Shown here: in pieces, positions 25,937 through 39,180 of the stretch
Layout: each line of letters begins with the position of its first letter
Numbering within the stretch: position 1 is the stretch's first letter
Assembly (NCBI RefSeq): GCF_001194135.2
Contig: NC_068986.1
Span: forward strand, 7,439,286-7,503,285
DNA length: 64,000 nt
Direction: 5' to 3'
From: Octopus bimaculoides
Lineage: Eukaryota
Notes under the pieces: generated by a model
Database searches by the model: none
Told to the model about the DNA's origin: nothing
Seen by the model: only the letters and a program-made list of their open reading frames with translations
Made by a program: the position numbers and the translations under genes

Positions 25937-26753
25937 ACATCATGGGACTAAACAGCAACTATTGCGCTTACACACATTTTCCTGTATTTTGCATGAGGGA
26001 AGTTACGATAATAGAGCGCTCATGAATGAAATGTTCAGAAAAATTGAAATAACATTTCTCCAATGCTCTTGCTTTGATCAGCGTTGCAAAATGTTTGTAT
26101 TTCTCGGCCAAAGTTATGCAAATTTCTCTTCCAATTATTCAACCCATTTGTATGAAATGATTAGAAACAAAGATTGTAATGGAAATATACCAACATAGTT
26201 ATATTGTATGCATCTATGTATCTTTGTGCGACTAATGAGTGGACGACTGAATTCTTTTTACATAGAATTATTAAGTATAACATGGCGAATTGGATTAAAT
26301 ATAAATATCTCGTTCATTAATTAATTTTAAAACATTATTCATTATGTGCATTAGTATAACATTTTAAAATTTATAATCTGCAGAGAAACTATTTTTTTCA
26401 CAAAATAGCATCTTGCTGCCATTCCGAGCTTTTACCGAATTTATAATCCTCTTTTATGGCTTTTTCATCGATAATTATTTTCATATAAGGAAATCTTTTA
26501 TTTAATTTCAGAAAATTTTAAAATCAAATAGAATCACAAGTGACTGCATTGAAGTCGATTTATATGACATATTTAATCTTAATTAGTCATTCTAATTAAT
26601 TCCGATTTAAAGTTAAATGAAATTAATTTTAGATAGATATTTACGAATCGACGCGTAGCTTACTGTGTCCACTTATTGTTATGCATTATTATATACGTTA
26701 ATATTGTATTAAACTATTATATTTATTATTTCTAAATCTCTCAGAGACACTCA

Positions 26754-27294
26754 GTCTGGAAGGAACGATGTTACTGCTGTTTTAGCCCCCCAAACATCTT
26801 TCCTAGCTGGTTATACGACACAATATCTGTGTCCTTATATTTTCCAACAGGAAGTGTAGCCAGCTAGAAACGATGTTTCTTGGGGCTAAAACAAAAGTAA
26901 CATCAACCCTTCCAGGACAGCCACATTATGTTGGCAAACAGCCTTTACTTTAAAGAACTGTTACTGAATGTCTCTTTTAGAAAGATTTAGAAATAATTTT
27001 ATTTTTAGATCAATGACTGTGTGTCACTTTCAAAACTATATATTCGAACGGTGAATTCAGCAATGCCATCTGGCCAAGCAGCTACTGTGTGTTGGTAAAG
27101 AGCAATAACCCAGAAACTAGTCCACAGATGTTGTTTTGCGCTAGGTGGGAGTGCTGAACTCCCTTTTCGAAAATATAAGGACACAGATATTGTGTCTTAT
27201 AGCCAGCTAGAAACGATGTTTCTCGGGGCTAAAGCAACAATAACATTGTTCCTTCCAGGACAACCACATTATGTTGGCAAATAGCCTTTACTTT
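26754..27294. mobile_element. Three-arm repeat: arm A 26754-26845, inverted relative to arm B 26857-26952 and arm C 27169-27294
   Basis: Direct alignment of the arms by eye. Confidence 0.8.
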
Positions 27295-28019
27295 ATTATT
27301 ATGTGATAACGAATTATATATATATANNNNNNNNNNNNNNNNNNNNNNNNNNNNNNNNNNNNNNNNNNNNNNNNNNNNNNNNNNNNNNNNNNNNNNNNNN
27401 NNNNNNNNNNNNNNNNNNNNNNNNNNNNNNNNNNNNNNNNNNNNNNNNNNNNNNNNNNNNNNNNNNNNNNNNNNNNNNNNNNNNNNNNNNNNNNNNNNNN
27501 NNNNNNNNNNNNNNNNNNNNNNNNNNNNNNNNNNNNNNNNNNNNNNNNNNNNNNNNNNNNNNNNNNNNNNNNNNNNNNNNNNNNNNNNNNNNNNNNNNNN
27601 NNNNNNNNNNNNNNNNNNNNNNNNNNNNNNNNNNNNNNNNNNNNNNNNNNNNNNNNNNNNNNNNNNNNNNNNNNNNNNNNNNNNNNNNNNNNNNNNNNNN
27701 NNNNNNNNNNNNNNNNNNNNNNNNNNNNNNNNNNNNNNNNNNNNNNNNATATATATGATATTATTTTAATCTATTCTTAGATATTATATATCTTTACTCA
27801 GGAATTTTACATGTTAACACAGGTGGATATGTTGAATAGTCACCCACTTTTATTTTTTTAAAATTACCAGGTGAAAAAAGTTTGGATGAATTTAAACTTT
27901 TAGAATTGGTCGAACACCGTAAAGATGAATAGAATATAGACACTTTTCTCCTTCCCGTTAGTAAAGGTGAGGTAACTGTGGCGGGGAAATTTCAGTGATA
28001 TATCATTGGTTGCTGTTTT

Positions 28020-28530
28020 GACATAGTCAGTACTGGTTGTAGTGTTACGTCGTTCAGATCAGCTGCTGTAAAGACAGATCTGCGATTCGAATGACACATC
28101 TCAGGTTAGTGTTAGTTTACTTAAGTGAGTGTGAGAATTGTACTGACGCAGGTCAGTTCTGGTTGTGATCGTTGCTCAGAAACTGCTCTGGTGACATAAC
28201 TCAGCATTAGGAGTAATGGATCAGGTCAGAGTTACTTTTAAGGACACAACTTTGTAGCTTGCATTGAAACTGCTCAGTGCTGGTTGTAATGACTCAGCCG
28301 AGCGTTGAATAAGCTCAGTAGTGAGACAGCTAAGTGATACATCAGTTCAGTGATGGTTGTAATAAAACATTACAACGGTGGTTGAAATTATATAATATTT
28401 GTATGTACCGCTTTTGTTGTACTGAAAAAGCCAGTAAACCCTGAGTAAACATACAACTTAATGATACTCGTAAAGGTATTTCTGATGCTAGTTTTAATGA
28501 CACAACTCAATGTTGATTGCAATGAAACAG
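28020..28530. repeat. Highly degenerate minisatellite of about 24 bp (…ctcagtgctggttgtaatg…)
   Basis: Motif TCAGTnnTGGTTGT at 28027, 28153, 28274 and 28347, with a weaker copy at 28507. Confidence 0.6.
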
Positions 28531-30358
28531 CTTTGAGAAAGCGACGAAGTTAAAATATGGAAAGTGTAAAAAAATTACTTTCCTTTCCTGAATGATCTTA
28601 TTTTTTAAAACTTTGTAGCTTGATAAAATAAAACGACAGCCAGGAAATTGCATCATTTCAACATTTCTCTTGATTCTTAGGCGTCATTAAATCTTATCAT
28701 TTACATTTGGCTGTTTTTATCTTTTTAAACTCTTGCCGTAGGATAGACATACACTCTGTTCATACATCTCTCTTCCAAAAATCTTCAAATAAATAATCGC
28801 ATTTTTGTTTACTTTCCTAATGTGTTACTGTTTTTAAGGTTATATTCTCAACAATTCTAGCTTGATAATTTAACTGAATGTTTTTAACGATCATTTTGGA
28901 AAATGAAAACTTATTTCAAACTATTTACTCATTCGTTTCGGCAATAGTTCAAGAAAACAAACTTATTTTTTCTATTATTGCTGATCTGAATTTAACTGCG
29001 CCGCTTTCCTCAAAGATTACTACACACACACGTACACACATAGATATACACATGCATACATACACGTTCACACAAACACATACATGCACATATATATATA
29101 TACCAAAACTAAGAACACTTCATTGTTTCAATTACAGATTCATAATATTCTGATTTCAAATTTTATCTTTCTAATATTTCGGTAAAACAGCATATTTGTC
29201 TGTATTGGCAAAATTATTAATTTCTCTATGCTTTTAACTTGTTTTGAATAGCATCAGAGGAAGCTGCATTAGTTTGTCTTTTGTGATATGCAGATAGTTA
29301 TTTTTTAATACTGACCAGAAGTAAGAAAAAACATGAAATATTTTAAAGGGTGACTTTTAAATAAACCCAGAAGCTGAAAGCCACGTTGAAAAAGATCATA
29401 AAAACCAATATTTTTAGGAAAATAAATTAAAATCAGAAATTTTACGATTTTTCCTTTCAGTCGGCAGATAAAACTTAACTGGACTACAAAATATGTAGAA
29501 TTGTTGGTTCTTAATTTCTTGGGTTCATTATAATCATAGACAATTTAAAATCCTCCTGGTTTTATCCGCAATATGACGATAAAATGAATTTTTTTGTGCG
29601 CTTTGTAGAAGGTAGCGGACGACCATGGAAATAGTGTGAAAGTTGATAAAATCCTCATCGCCTGATTTAAAAATTATACAGCGATTAGATCATATGAGGT
29701 TTCATTAGAGCCGCCTTAGCAGCATTGTAAGACTCCAGCCTTATAGTATTTATTATCAGCAAGCCACAACATACGTAGATAAGTATTGGGCTGCAAGACC
29801 TGTGAGCCCTCTGGGAAACTTCCCAGTTTACCCATGTTTTTAGACGGTCATGCATTTCATGGTTTATTGTAAGTTTTCTGGATCTCTGAAGGAATTTTGG
29901 TCTGTATGTCAAACTTTCTGTGAAATTGTAAATAGAACTCTATTGCAGTTAGTTAAAGATTTTCTTTGAAATTTTACTTTTCGTAACGTATTATAATTAT
30001 TTTCAATGTCTCCTTGTAAGTGTTGACTCAACCTACGAGAACGTGTTTTACTTGAGTGAGTGATGTAACAACTGAGTCATGAAGTTTGCAATTACAGATT
30101 TACATCTTAACCTAGGAAACCACAGAACTCGAGACAAACAATATTAGATTGGTTGTGTGAAGTTCTGTGGTTTCTTAAGTTACAATTGCACATTGAAGAA
30201 GAGGTTTTTCATTCTGACGCAGTAACACCTATGTCTTCAATGCAAGATGTATGAGAGAACATTTGCTGTCTATCTGTACAGACATGTGTATGCATGTATG
30301 TAGGTATGCATGTATGTATGTATGTATGTATGCGTGTATGTATGTATGTATGTATTAC

Positions 30359-30404
<46 letters not shown>

Positions 30405-30420
30405 ATGTATGTATGTATGT

Positions 30421-31283
30421 CATTATTCAATTTTATTTCAAGATTTCTTACCAATAGATAAAAAGCTGGTTTCTAATCTAGATCCAAAGCTCCTTCATTG
30501 GAATCTCCACAACATCAACAGGGTATTTTCATATGTATGTATGTATATTTGTATATATGTGCAGATTTATATGTTTTGTTTTATGCATGTCTTCTTATGC
30601 ATATAGTTTCATATCTAGACATGCTCATATATATTTAAATAATAAACTTCTGGAAAATTTTACAAATTTCTACAGTTCTAGTGATGGATTGGATCTGTAG
30701 TCTTCGAATCAGCTTTCTACTTTCTGGTTTTGGGAAGCATATTTTTTCAAATTGGTATTTAGGCAGTGTGCTACATATCTCAGTGCCCCAACAATTACAG
30801 GTATATACCTGAAGTTGTAATCTAGATAGAGTAGCTGTAGATTTCTCCATAGTTCAGTGTAGGTAATTTCTTTTCCCCTGATCTTTAGCTGGGCAGCTGA
30901 TTTCTTCAGCTGTACACAGTTTCTCTTCTTTTATCCCAAATTACTATGTCAGGTCTATTATGTTTACATTTTATTGAGGTTTTCACTGGGATATTCCACT
31001 ACTACTCCTTTTTATTATGAGTGTATTACACGGTAGGCTCTCATTTCGTTGGCCTTGGGGTTATTCTTCCGACAGATTTCGTTATACGGTGTCATTTCTT
31101 CGTTATCGTTTATCACATTTTGCTGCTTTTCCTACGTCTCTGTTCCTTTTGCGCATCAGGCATTTCATTGATATTTCTGGTTGCTTGATTGCAAACGCCT
31201 ATCCCTTCACAGTGAGAGTTGGTAATCGGGTTGTTGGTCCATGATATACTGCTTTAATGATCAATGTTGCTATTATCCCGGGG
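30421..31283 (-). mobile_element. R4/Dong-like REL-endonuclease LINE, 3' portion
   Basis: Reverse complement aligns to 62780-63760 (…LIRRLQIQSITRTVEICKIFQKF*, same 3' UTR); (TATG)n on both sides. Confidence 0.85.
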
Positions 31284-33779
31284 TATGTATGTGTGTATGC
31301 ATGTATGTATGTATGTATGTATGTATGTATGTATGTATGGGTGTATGTATGTATATATGTGTGAATGTATATGTGTATGTATGTATGTATGTATGTATGT
31401 ATATATGTTTGCGTACTTATGTATGTATAAATGTATGTGTGTATGTATGCATTGTGCATGAATGTGTGTATGTACGTGTGTATGTTATTATTGGAATTTC
31501 ATCATCTACAAGGTTTTTTTCTGCATGTTTGTGTTTATAGTGCAAATATTTGAAGTCAATGTAGATCTGTATGTTTTGTTTTATGTATATATCTATGAAT
31601 GCAGTCATATATATATGAGTGGTCACGTCGCCAGAGGGTTGTAGGGGTTCACTTCCCTGCTCGCAATATATCAGATGCATATGTATATACATATACACAC
31701 AGACGTACGCACACACTCTCACATACACACGTTTATTATTATTTTTAGCAATCTGGAAATATAGTGTGTATTGTTTCGACTGTACTTACATGTTTAAGTA
31801 CATGCAATAACATCTATGGTAAGAGAGCGAACACTATCATGTTAACATTCTTATTTTAATAAAAAATATCATTTTCTTTTTATTGCAAACTTTAATTTAA
31901 TACTTAACTGATGAAGTAGAAAGCTTTTAATTTTAATTCATTTGTGTTTATTCTTTGTCAAAACACCAATGAGATGTATTTTCGAAGGCTTGCGTTACAT
32001 GTCAGGACAAATTCCTCAGCATTTTGTTCTATATTGAAAAATAACCTTTTATAATATTTGTATTGCCTGAAGTTTCCTTAACTAAATTTTATTCTATAAT
32101 GCATTTTACATTAATTTGTTGATAGAATATTTGCTTTAAGAGAAAGGACAAATATAGCGTTCCTCTTGCAACGTACACACTTTCTTTTCATGACACACAG
32201 CCAAAATGACGTCCTCTGCTCTATATTTTCTTGTATTTATTTTTTATTTCTGCTTTTATTAAAATATCATTTCATCTTTATTTCCAGTTCTTGATTTACA
32301 TCAAAATATTTCATAATGCATTTATTCAGCAGCTCATTTCAAATTCAGTCATTCATTTTTCTTACTTCACCAAAAAACCGCCCAAACGCATTTTTGTCAA
32401 ATGGTATTTCTTTTGAATCAATTCACAATAAGAAAGCGAAATGCCGTCCAGTTTTGAAGGTTATCGGAGGATTGAGAAAGTGAAACACATGTAGTTGTGT
32501 CCCTGAGAAGCCAACAACTCTTAAATCCTGGTTATAAAACTTTCATTTCTCATTATCAAAGGCGGGCTGGGCTACGCCACAACAGATCTGCATAAAAGAT
32601 GGGGTTTTGCTATAAAGAACAGAATTAACTGATTTACGTTCTCCAAATACAATGGTGCTGGGAAAATCTGTAGAATATTTTAAGGATTCTGCATTTGAAA
32701 CTCCTGTGCTGAACGCCAGCACACAAAACCTATACAAACGGAATACACACACACACGCGCACGCACATGGACAGCGATGAAGCGCATACACACGTGTATT
32801 AACATGCACACACACATATGTATGCACATAGCAACCGATTCGGACAATCACAAACTTCAGGAGCTGTCAGGTTTGCCACGTTCTTATTGACCGACTTGAA
32901 TGTTGTAAAGACAAGAAATCCCAAAGAAAGCATAGATTCATACTCACATACGTATACACGTTCCCTACGCACTGTCACACGTAGGTAAATGTTAAATTAA
33001 GGTTATTTTAAAGGTAGTTTTCGTATGATAACTGAGATTAGATTTAAATTTAGGGTAAAGTTGGAGCTGTCTGAAACTTTAGGCTTCGCCTACTATTTAC
33101 TGTTCGGACAAAACATCTCATCAACCACGATTAAGCTAAAAAGAGTTTCCCGATTATTCACGCAATATAAAGCAGTTGTTGATATCTCCACTGGTTGTAT
33201 ATAAGTTTATTAGGAATGGACAAAACTACACCGAAGTGCCCATTTTATACGTATATTAAAGAAAGATAATAACAGTTTTCGAAATAGAACCATAAATACC
33301 TTTGCAGTGCTTTATTGGCGAATATTTTATTAGGAGCTTTAAGTACATGCCCGGATACACGCATTCCCATACACATATATAGGTTTACAAAAATACATAA
33401 TTATACACACACACAAACGAAAGAAAGTAGCACTCAACAAAATTACACATTTGTTTAGGAGCTCCATATGCTATTTAATAACACTTTGACTCTGCTACAT
33501 GCAACTCAACGTTTCGTAGAGGATAGTAGACTGAACCTAACTCGCCAAGCTATTAGACTAATGGCAACAAGTACTTATCAGCATTCTGTCAGACCACGTG
33601 TGTCTAAGAACAAAGAAAAATAACTGTTGCTGCTTGCAGACCAATAACAGCGCGTGACCAGAGTTGACAAATAGAAATCATCATATCCTGTTACTCTCTC
33701 TCGAGATGACAGACCAGTTAGATTCGGTCTACAAGCCTATGAAACTCTAAGTAGCATGAAACTGACTCAAACGATTATT

Positions 33780-33899
<120 letters not shown>

Positions 33900-33900
33900 T

Positions 33901-35765
33901 TTCTTTTATTTACCACCAGGGCGAAAGATGAGGGGGACAATACAAAAACAGACATAAAGTGTGGAGATTACATATGATGGAATGATTATTAAAAAAGATG
34001 TATGCACGGCATACATTAGAAGAAAGGAAGTATGCATAGTATACGACACTAGACCAAAAAAAGGCATAGTCATGGGGTCCCTCTGATACAGGAGGACCTC
34101 CAGGGATAATTGAGGAACCCCCACCATCCAAAATCACCCTGAACACCGAGGACGAGTGCCCCCTCCAACTCCTTTGGAGAAGGCACTCGGTTTCGTCGCT
34201 CTGCGAGCATCTCGGACAAGCCCAGCCGACAGAACATCTGTACCTGTAGACAAACGTGTCTGACAGAACACCCGTACCGGTAGAGTTTATTGGAACCGGC
34301 AGTGTCCCCCGGTAGCACTGCCAGGCCAAAACCAGCTGGAAATTATTCATAGTAGTCTCCGACTGGAAAGTGCTCCGGAAAAGACTTACCAGTTCATCTT
34401 CGTCAACGTCTAGGACGTCACAGCACTTGCCCGCTACTAACCCTCTGTATATAGCTAAAGCCCTGTATCCACCGATCCTATTGCCCGACTGGTAGAGGAC
34501 ATTCTAGGTGCCGGGCGCCCAGTCATCGTCTATTCTTTACTCAGGGCTGCAGTTCCGTTAAGGAGACGAGCTGCGAAAAGTCGTGTCTCGCCGACAGTCT
34601 GAGAAATTTCCTTGTTTTTGAAGTTCCATAATTGGTTGTTTCTGTCATTTCATACTGTTGTTGATGATGTTGCTGTTTTTGAAGTTGTTGTTTTTGCTGG
34701 AATGGTTGTGAACTGGTCTACAGTTTTTGTGTATCGTTCTGGTGAGTTCTTGGAGTACGGCTAGGTCCACTCCTCTTTCATCTACAGTGATCCATTGTTC
34801 GGTTTGCTCTTCCTTCTCCTTGTCATTGCTGCTGATGCTGGTTTGGGCGACAGAGCGTTCAAGATTAGCTGCTCCGTGACAACCGGAAGTAGACTCCCTC
34901 TTTGTCTTGGTTTGGGTGTGAGTGTGGGTGTAGGAGTCTTGAGCACGTCTTCATGATTTTGTGTTTGTGTTGTTTGTTGTGTTGGAAGCAGTGAGAGTTT
35001 TGTTATCCTTGTTTCAGGGCTGGAAGCCTTCAAATAAGCCACATATTCACATATGTGGGGTCTTGGCTTTCTACCTTCCACTAATACTGAGAGGTGAGTA
35101 CCATCTTAGAGATCGATTAGATCGGGCAGCTGGTCGATATAGCCTTATTACATTGTAAGGTCAGTCCCATACTTATACCTGGCCAGTTTTGTTTAGGCAT
35201 TTTCTTTATCTCCAACATTATCACATTGTTTTCTTCTATACCTGCCAAGACAGCCGCCACTAACCAGGTGATGGATATTTCTGGCGGCACGTTCAATACC
35301 CTAAGCTTATGAAGGTTCTGGTCGCAATAGCTGCGGATTAAGAAGTCTTCATTCCTCAAAGTCGTCGCGGAGTGACGCCTGGTTTCTTCTTCAGTCCCAA
35401 ATCTCACCTGAGTAGTCTTTAACGTCATTCTTCGGGTGATGTGTGTCTTTTTTTCTCAAACGTGCCCTAGGCATTTTTGGATTTGGCTCTCAGAAGCATT
35501 TCCCCACTGGCACAATTTTATTCCGATGTAGCAGCATGTAACTGTGCATCTCAAGATATTCTCGATCACGTCGGGTGGAAGGTTTAAAGCGACGCTCCTT
35601 CCATTTTTTTTCAAACTATTTTACTGGTAATTTCCAAATCTTCTTCGTGTATGCGGAAATCTTCCAAATTTCTCGCAGCAATCGCAAAAGAAATCCCCAT
35701 TGAAGCCGAGTGGAGGCAGTTGTGGTGACGGTGGCATTGTGATATTCGATACTAGTAAAGTATTA
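33901..35765 (-). mobile_element. Tx1/L1-clade LINE relic: ORF1 joined directly to the ORF2 C-terminus (endonuclease and RT absent)
   Basis: ORF1-like LRVLNVPPEISITWLVAAVLAG and a decayed knuckle EGRKPRPHICEYVAYLKASSP; ORF2 end YRGLVAGKC…LAWQCYRGTLPV…CPRCSQSDETE (zf-RVT-like); AATAAA followed by an (ATT)n tail. Confidence 0.8.
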
Positions 35766-35999
35766 GTAATATGTAAGTCTTTCAAAAACAAAACAAAATT
35801 TTTTTCTGTTACATTTCTTTACGTAACGAGACATTTGTATATCCATCTATTTTAAGTGAGCCACAATCCTAAAAAGACCCATGAAATGTTTGCTGTGATT
35901 AAGATTAGATACGAGATGACAAGTTGCAATATCACTTACTCGCTCTTTAATGGAAACTTTGTCGAATTTTGATTTCAGATTTTGGAAGGGGCTAATGCG

Positions 36000-36315
36000 A
36001 TTACCTCAACCCCTGTGTTCAACCCCGAAGAGATGAGAGGCAAAGACAACCTCGGCGGAATATGAACTCAGAACTTAAAGCCGGACGAAATGCCGCTAAA
36101 CATTTTACCCGGCATGCTAACGATTCTACCAGCTCGCCGCCCTAATATAAAAAGAAATATGGGTTTCAAATTTTGGCAGTAAGCCAGGAATTTCGGGGGA
36201 CCGAGTGCATGACTGGTACTTATTTTATCGACCCCGAAAGGATGAACGTAAAGACAGGTGAGATGCCGCTGAGAATTTTCCAGGTAAGCTAACAATTCTG
36301 CCAACTCGCTGCTTT
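36000..36315 (-). mobile_element. Two tandem SINE copies (family of 24493)
   Basis: Reverse complement aligns to 24511-24650. Confidence 0.8.
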
Positions 36316-37410
36316 GCGTAGAAAGAAAAATCAAATAATGAGTTGTAGTTAGTAGTTTAATGAATTTAGAAAGAAAACGGGATGGTTTTAACGAACTCCT
36401 TTCTCAAACCAGAACTTTACGTGTCGTGTAGCGGAGAATGTAATGTCAAGATAGTTTTATTAGTCTCATTCAAATTTGTCTATATCTCTTCATAAATAGA
36501 ATATACAATTTCTTTTTATTATAAAAGCAAGGCTGTGTGTTAGAAATATATTAGAACGCCAACTAGTAAATCTTGTTTGCTAAACTTTTTTCTCACTTCT
36601 CGATATTTTAATGTGTATGTTTCTTAGTGAAAGTTTAGTGGATGGAATTCTTCATAAAAATATAGTTGCCAAGACATCGTTGTTTTTGTCCCCCAATAAC
36701 CATTTTTAGTCTGTAAATAGGATCACCTTTATACAGACAATTACTATTAAAATGTATCACTTGGTTTTTTTTTTTATCATCTGTGGCTTCTTTTTTGTTT
36801 GTTATCGGTCTTATATTGTTGATTGTTCCTGTTGTAACATATTTGTCTGTCCCAAAGATTAATGTGCTGTTTAGTATTGGTGTAACTTCTTTTGTTTATC
36901 TTTATTTTCCCCCGGTTCAACATTGTTGAATGATGCCTCTTTGTTGCACTACGACTTATTCCCCATTCCATTCCCCCCCGCCACATCACATTTTCCTTTG
37001 TTTCCAGTGTCAATTCATTTTTGTTTTTCTTAATGTTAATTCTATTGTTGGTCTCTGTTGCTGCTTTCGCGTCTTTGTCCCTAGTTTTATTTATCTCTGA
37101 TGTTACTTTAAGTGTTGTTCCCCGATTTTTTCTTTGCTGTTTGACCTTTTTATGTCTTCCTTTCTTCGTTTCTAGTCTTGTCTTATTGTTCTACTCGCTG
37201 TTACACTCGCTTCGACATTACTTTTTGTCATTGGTTTTCTTTTATTCTTTATCCCTGCTCTTACTCCAGTATTTCTCCTCATAGTTTCATTGTAGTCCTC
37301 CTCCATCAAATGCTTCTTTACTATTTCACCCCACCCCTACTTTCTTTGTCTTTCTTATTACATTATTTCTTTTCGCTGTTGCTATGTTTTCTCATTTCCG
37401 AAGTTCACAC

Positions 37411-37467
<57 letters not shown>

Positions 37468-37505
37468 ATACCGCCACCACCACCACCAACACCACCACCA
37501 CCACC
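37411..37505. repeat. (CTA)n and (CAC)n microsatellites
   Basis: Direct observation. Confidence 0.9.
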
Positions 37506-37667
37506 AGGCAGTGTTGTCTGTTCTGCACTTCACATTATTGGCCCTTAACGCTTGTTTTTCTGTTGCGTATATGAGTGCTTCTGTCTCTATCTTCAGGTCA
37601 CTCCCCCTCATCCATAGCCACCGGTCCTCTCTATCTTGGCGTTCACATCTCTTGCAAACTGACCGTA

Positions 37668-37668
<1 letters not shown>
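37506..37668 (-). mobile_element. R4/Dong-like LINE internal fragment
   Basis: DRWLWMRGSDLKIETEALIYATEKQALRANNVKCRTDNT, the region preceding the CCHC finger in R4-type ORFs. Confidence 0.8.
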
Positions 37669-37746
<78 letters not shown>

Positions 37747-38115
37747 TCGTTTTATTTTTATAGCGTGCATTCACTCCACTACCGAGCGTAATTCTGTGTA
37801 CCTTGGATATGTGCTGTGGTTTGCTGTGATGCTCTTATGGTTAGTGTATTGAAAGTGTTTTGCGTAGGTGTGCAGTGCCTAGTAGTGCAATTTTGTGTAT
37901 GTCATATATATTTGTAAGTCCTGGTGTTTTTGTCATGCATTTGTCTGAATATTTTTTTATCATACCTAAGGTGCCTACTATGATAGGAATTGTTTCTGTT
38001 TTTAGATTCCACATTCGAGTTACCTCTATTTCTAGGTCTTTGTATTTTGAAAGTTTCTCCTTTTCTTGTAGAGAAACGTTGTCATCTGCTGGTATTGATA
38101 CATCAATTAGAAAGT
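37669..38115 (-). mobile_element. R4/Dong-like LINE 3' end with (TAA)n tail
   Basis: FLIDVSIPADDNVSLQEKEKLSKYKDLEIEVTRMWNLKTETIPIIVGTLG… is a REL nuclease C-terminus; 3' UTR then (TAA)n; cut off by a gap. Confidence 0.9.
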
Positions 38116-39082
38116 NNNNNNNNNNNNNNNNNNNNNNNNNNNNNNNNNNNNNNNNNNNNNNNNNNNNNNNNNNNNNNNNNNNNNNNNNNNNNNNNNNNNN
38201 NNNNNNNNNNNNNNNNNNNNNNNNNNNNNNNNNNNNNNNNNNNNNNNNNNNNNNNNNNNNNNNNNNNNNNNNNNNNNNNNNNNNNNNNNNNNNNNNNNNN
38301 NNNNNNNNNNNNNNNNNNNNNNNNNNNNNNNNNNNNNNNNNNNNNNNNNNNNNNNNNNNNNNNNNNNNNNNNNNNNNNNNNNNNNNNNNNNNNNNNNNNN
38401 NNNNNNNNNNNNNNNNNNNNNNNNNNNNNNNNNNNNNNNNNNNNNNNNNNNNNNNNNNNNNNNNNNNNNNNNNNNNNNNNNNNNNNNNNNNNNNNNNNNN
38501 NNNNNNNNNNNNNNNNNNNNNNNNNNNNNNNNNNNNNNNNNNNNNNNNNNNNNNNNNNNNNNNNNNNNNNNNNNNNNNNNNNNNNNNNNNNNNNNNNNNN
38601 NNNNNNNNNNNNNNNNNNNNNNNNNNNNNNNNNNNNNNNNNNNNNNNNNNNNNNNNNNNNNNNNNNNNNNNNNNNNNNNNNNNNNNNNNNNNNNNNNNNN
38701 NNNNNNNNNNNNNNNNNNNNNNNNNNNNNNNNNNNNNNNNNNNNNNNNNNNNNNNNNNNNNNNNNNNNNNNNNNNNNNNNNNNNNNNNNNNNNNNNNNNN
38801 NNNNNNNNNNNNNNNNNNNNNNNNNNNNNNNNNNNNNNNNNNNNNNNNNNNNNNNNNNNNNNNNNNNNNNNNNNNNNNNNNNNNNNNNNNNNNNNNNNNN
38901 NNNNNNNNNNNNNNNNNNNNNNNNNNNNNNNNNNNNNNNNNNNNNNNNNNNNNNNNNNNNNNNNNNNNNNNNNNNNNNNNNNNNNNNNNNNNNNNNNNNN
39001 NNNNNNNNNNNNNNNNNNNNNNNNNNNNNNNNNNNNNNNNNNNNNNNTGAATAATGATAATAATAACAACAGCAACTACAAG

Positions 39083-39180
39083 GAAGAGGAAGAGGAGGAG
39101 AAGAAGAAGAAGAAGAAGAAGAAGAAGAAGAAGAAGAAGAAGAAGAAGAAGAAGAAGAAGAAGAAGAAGAAGAAGAAGAA
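39083..39180. repeat. (GAA)n microsatellite
   Basis: Perfect run. Confidence 0.95.

Noticed and set aside
28020-28530. Repeat-spacer pattern resembling a CRISPR array
   Set aside because: Repeats are short and degenerate, spacing is irregular, spacers contain decayed units, there are no cas genes and the context is eukaryotic
29600-29850. Merlin/ISXO2-like transposase trace, or an exon
   Set aside because: Only a faint resemblance (…SVKVDKILIA…) with stops, no TIRs, and a short frame
33495-33545. Minus-strand GAAACGT with a nearby stem
   Set aside because: No CTGANGA core upstream
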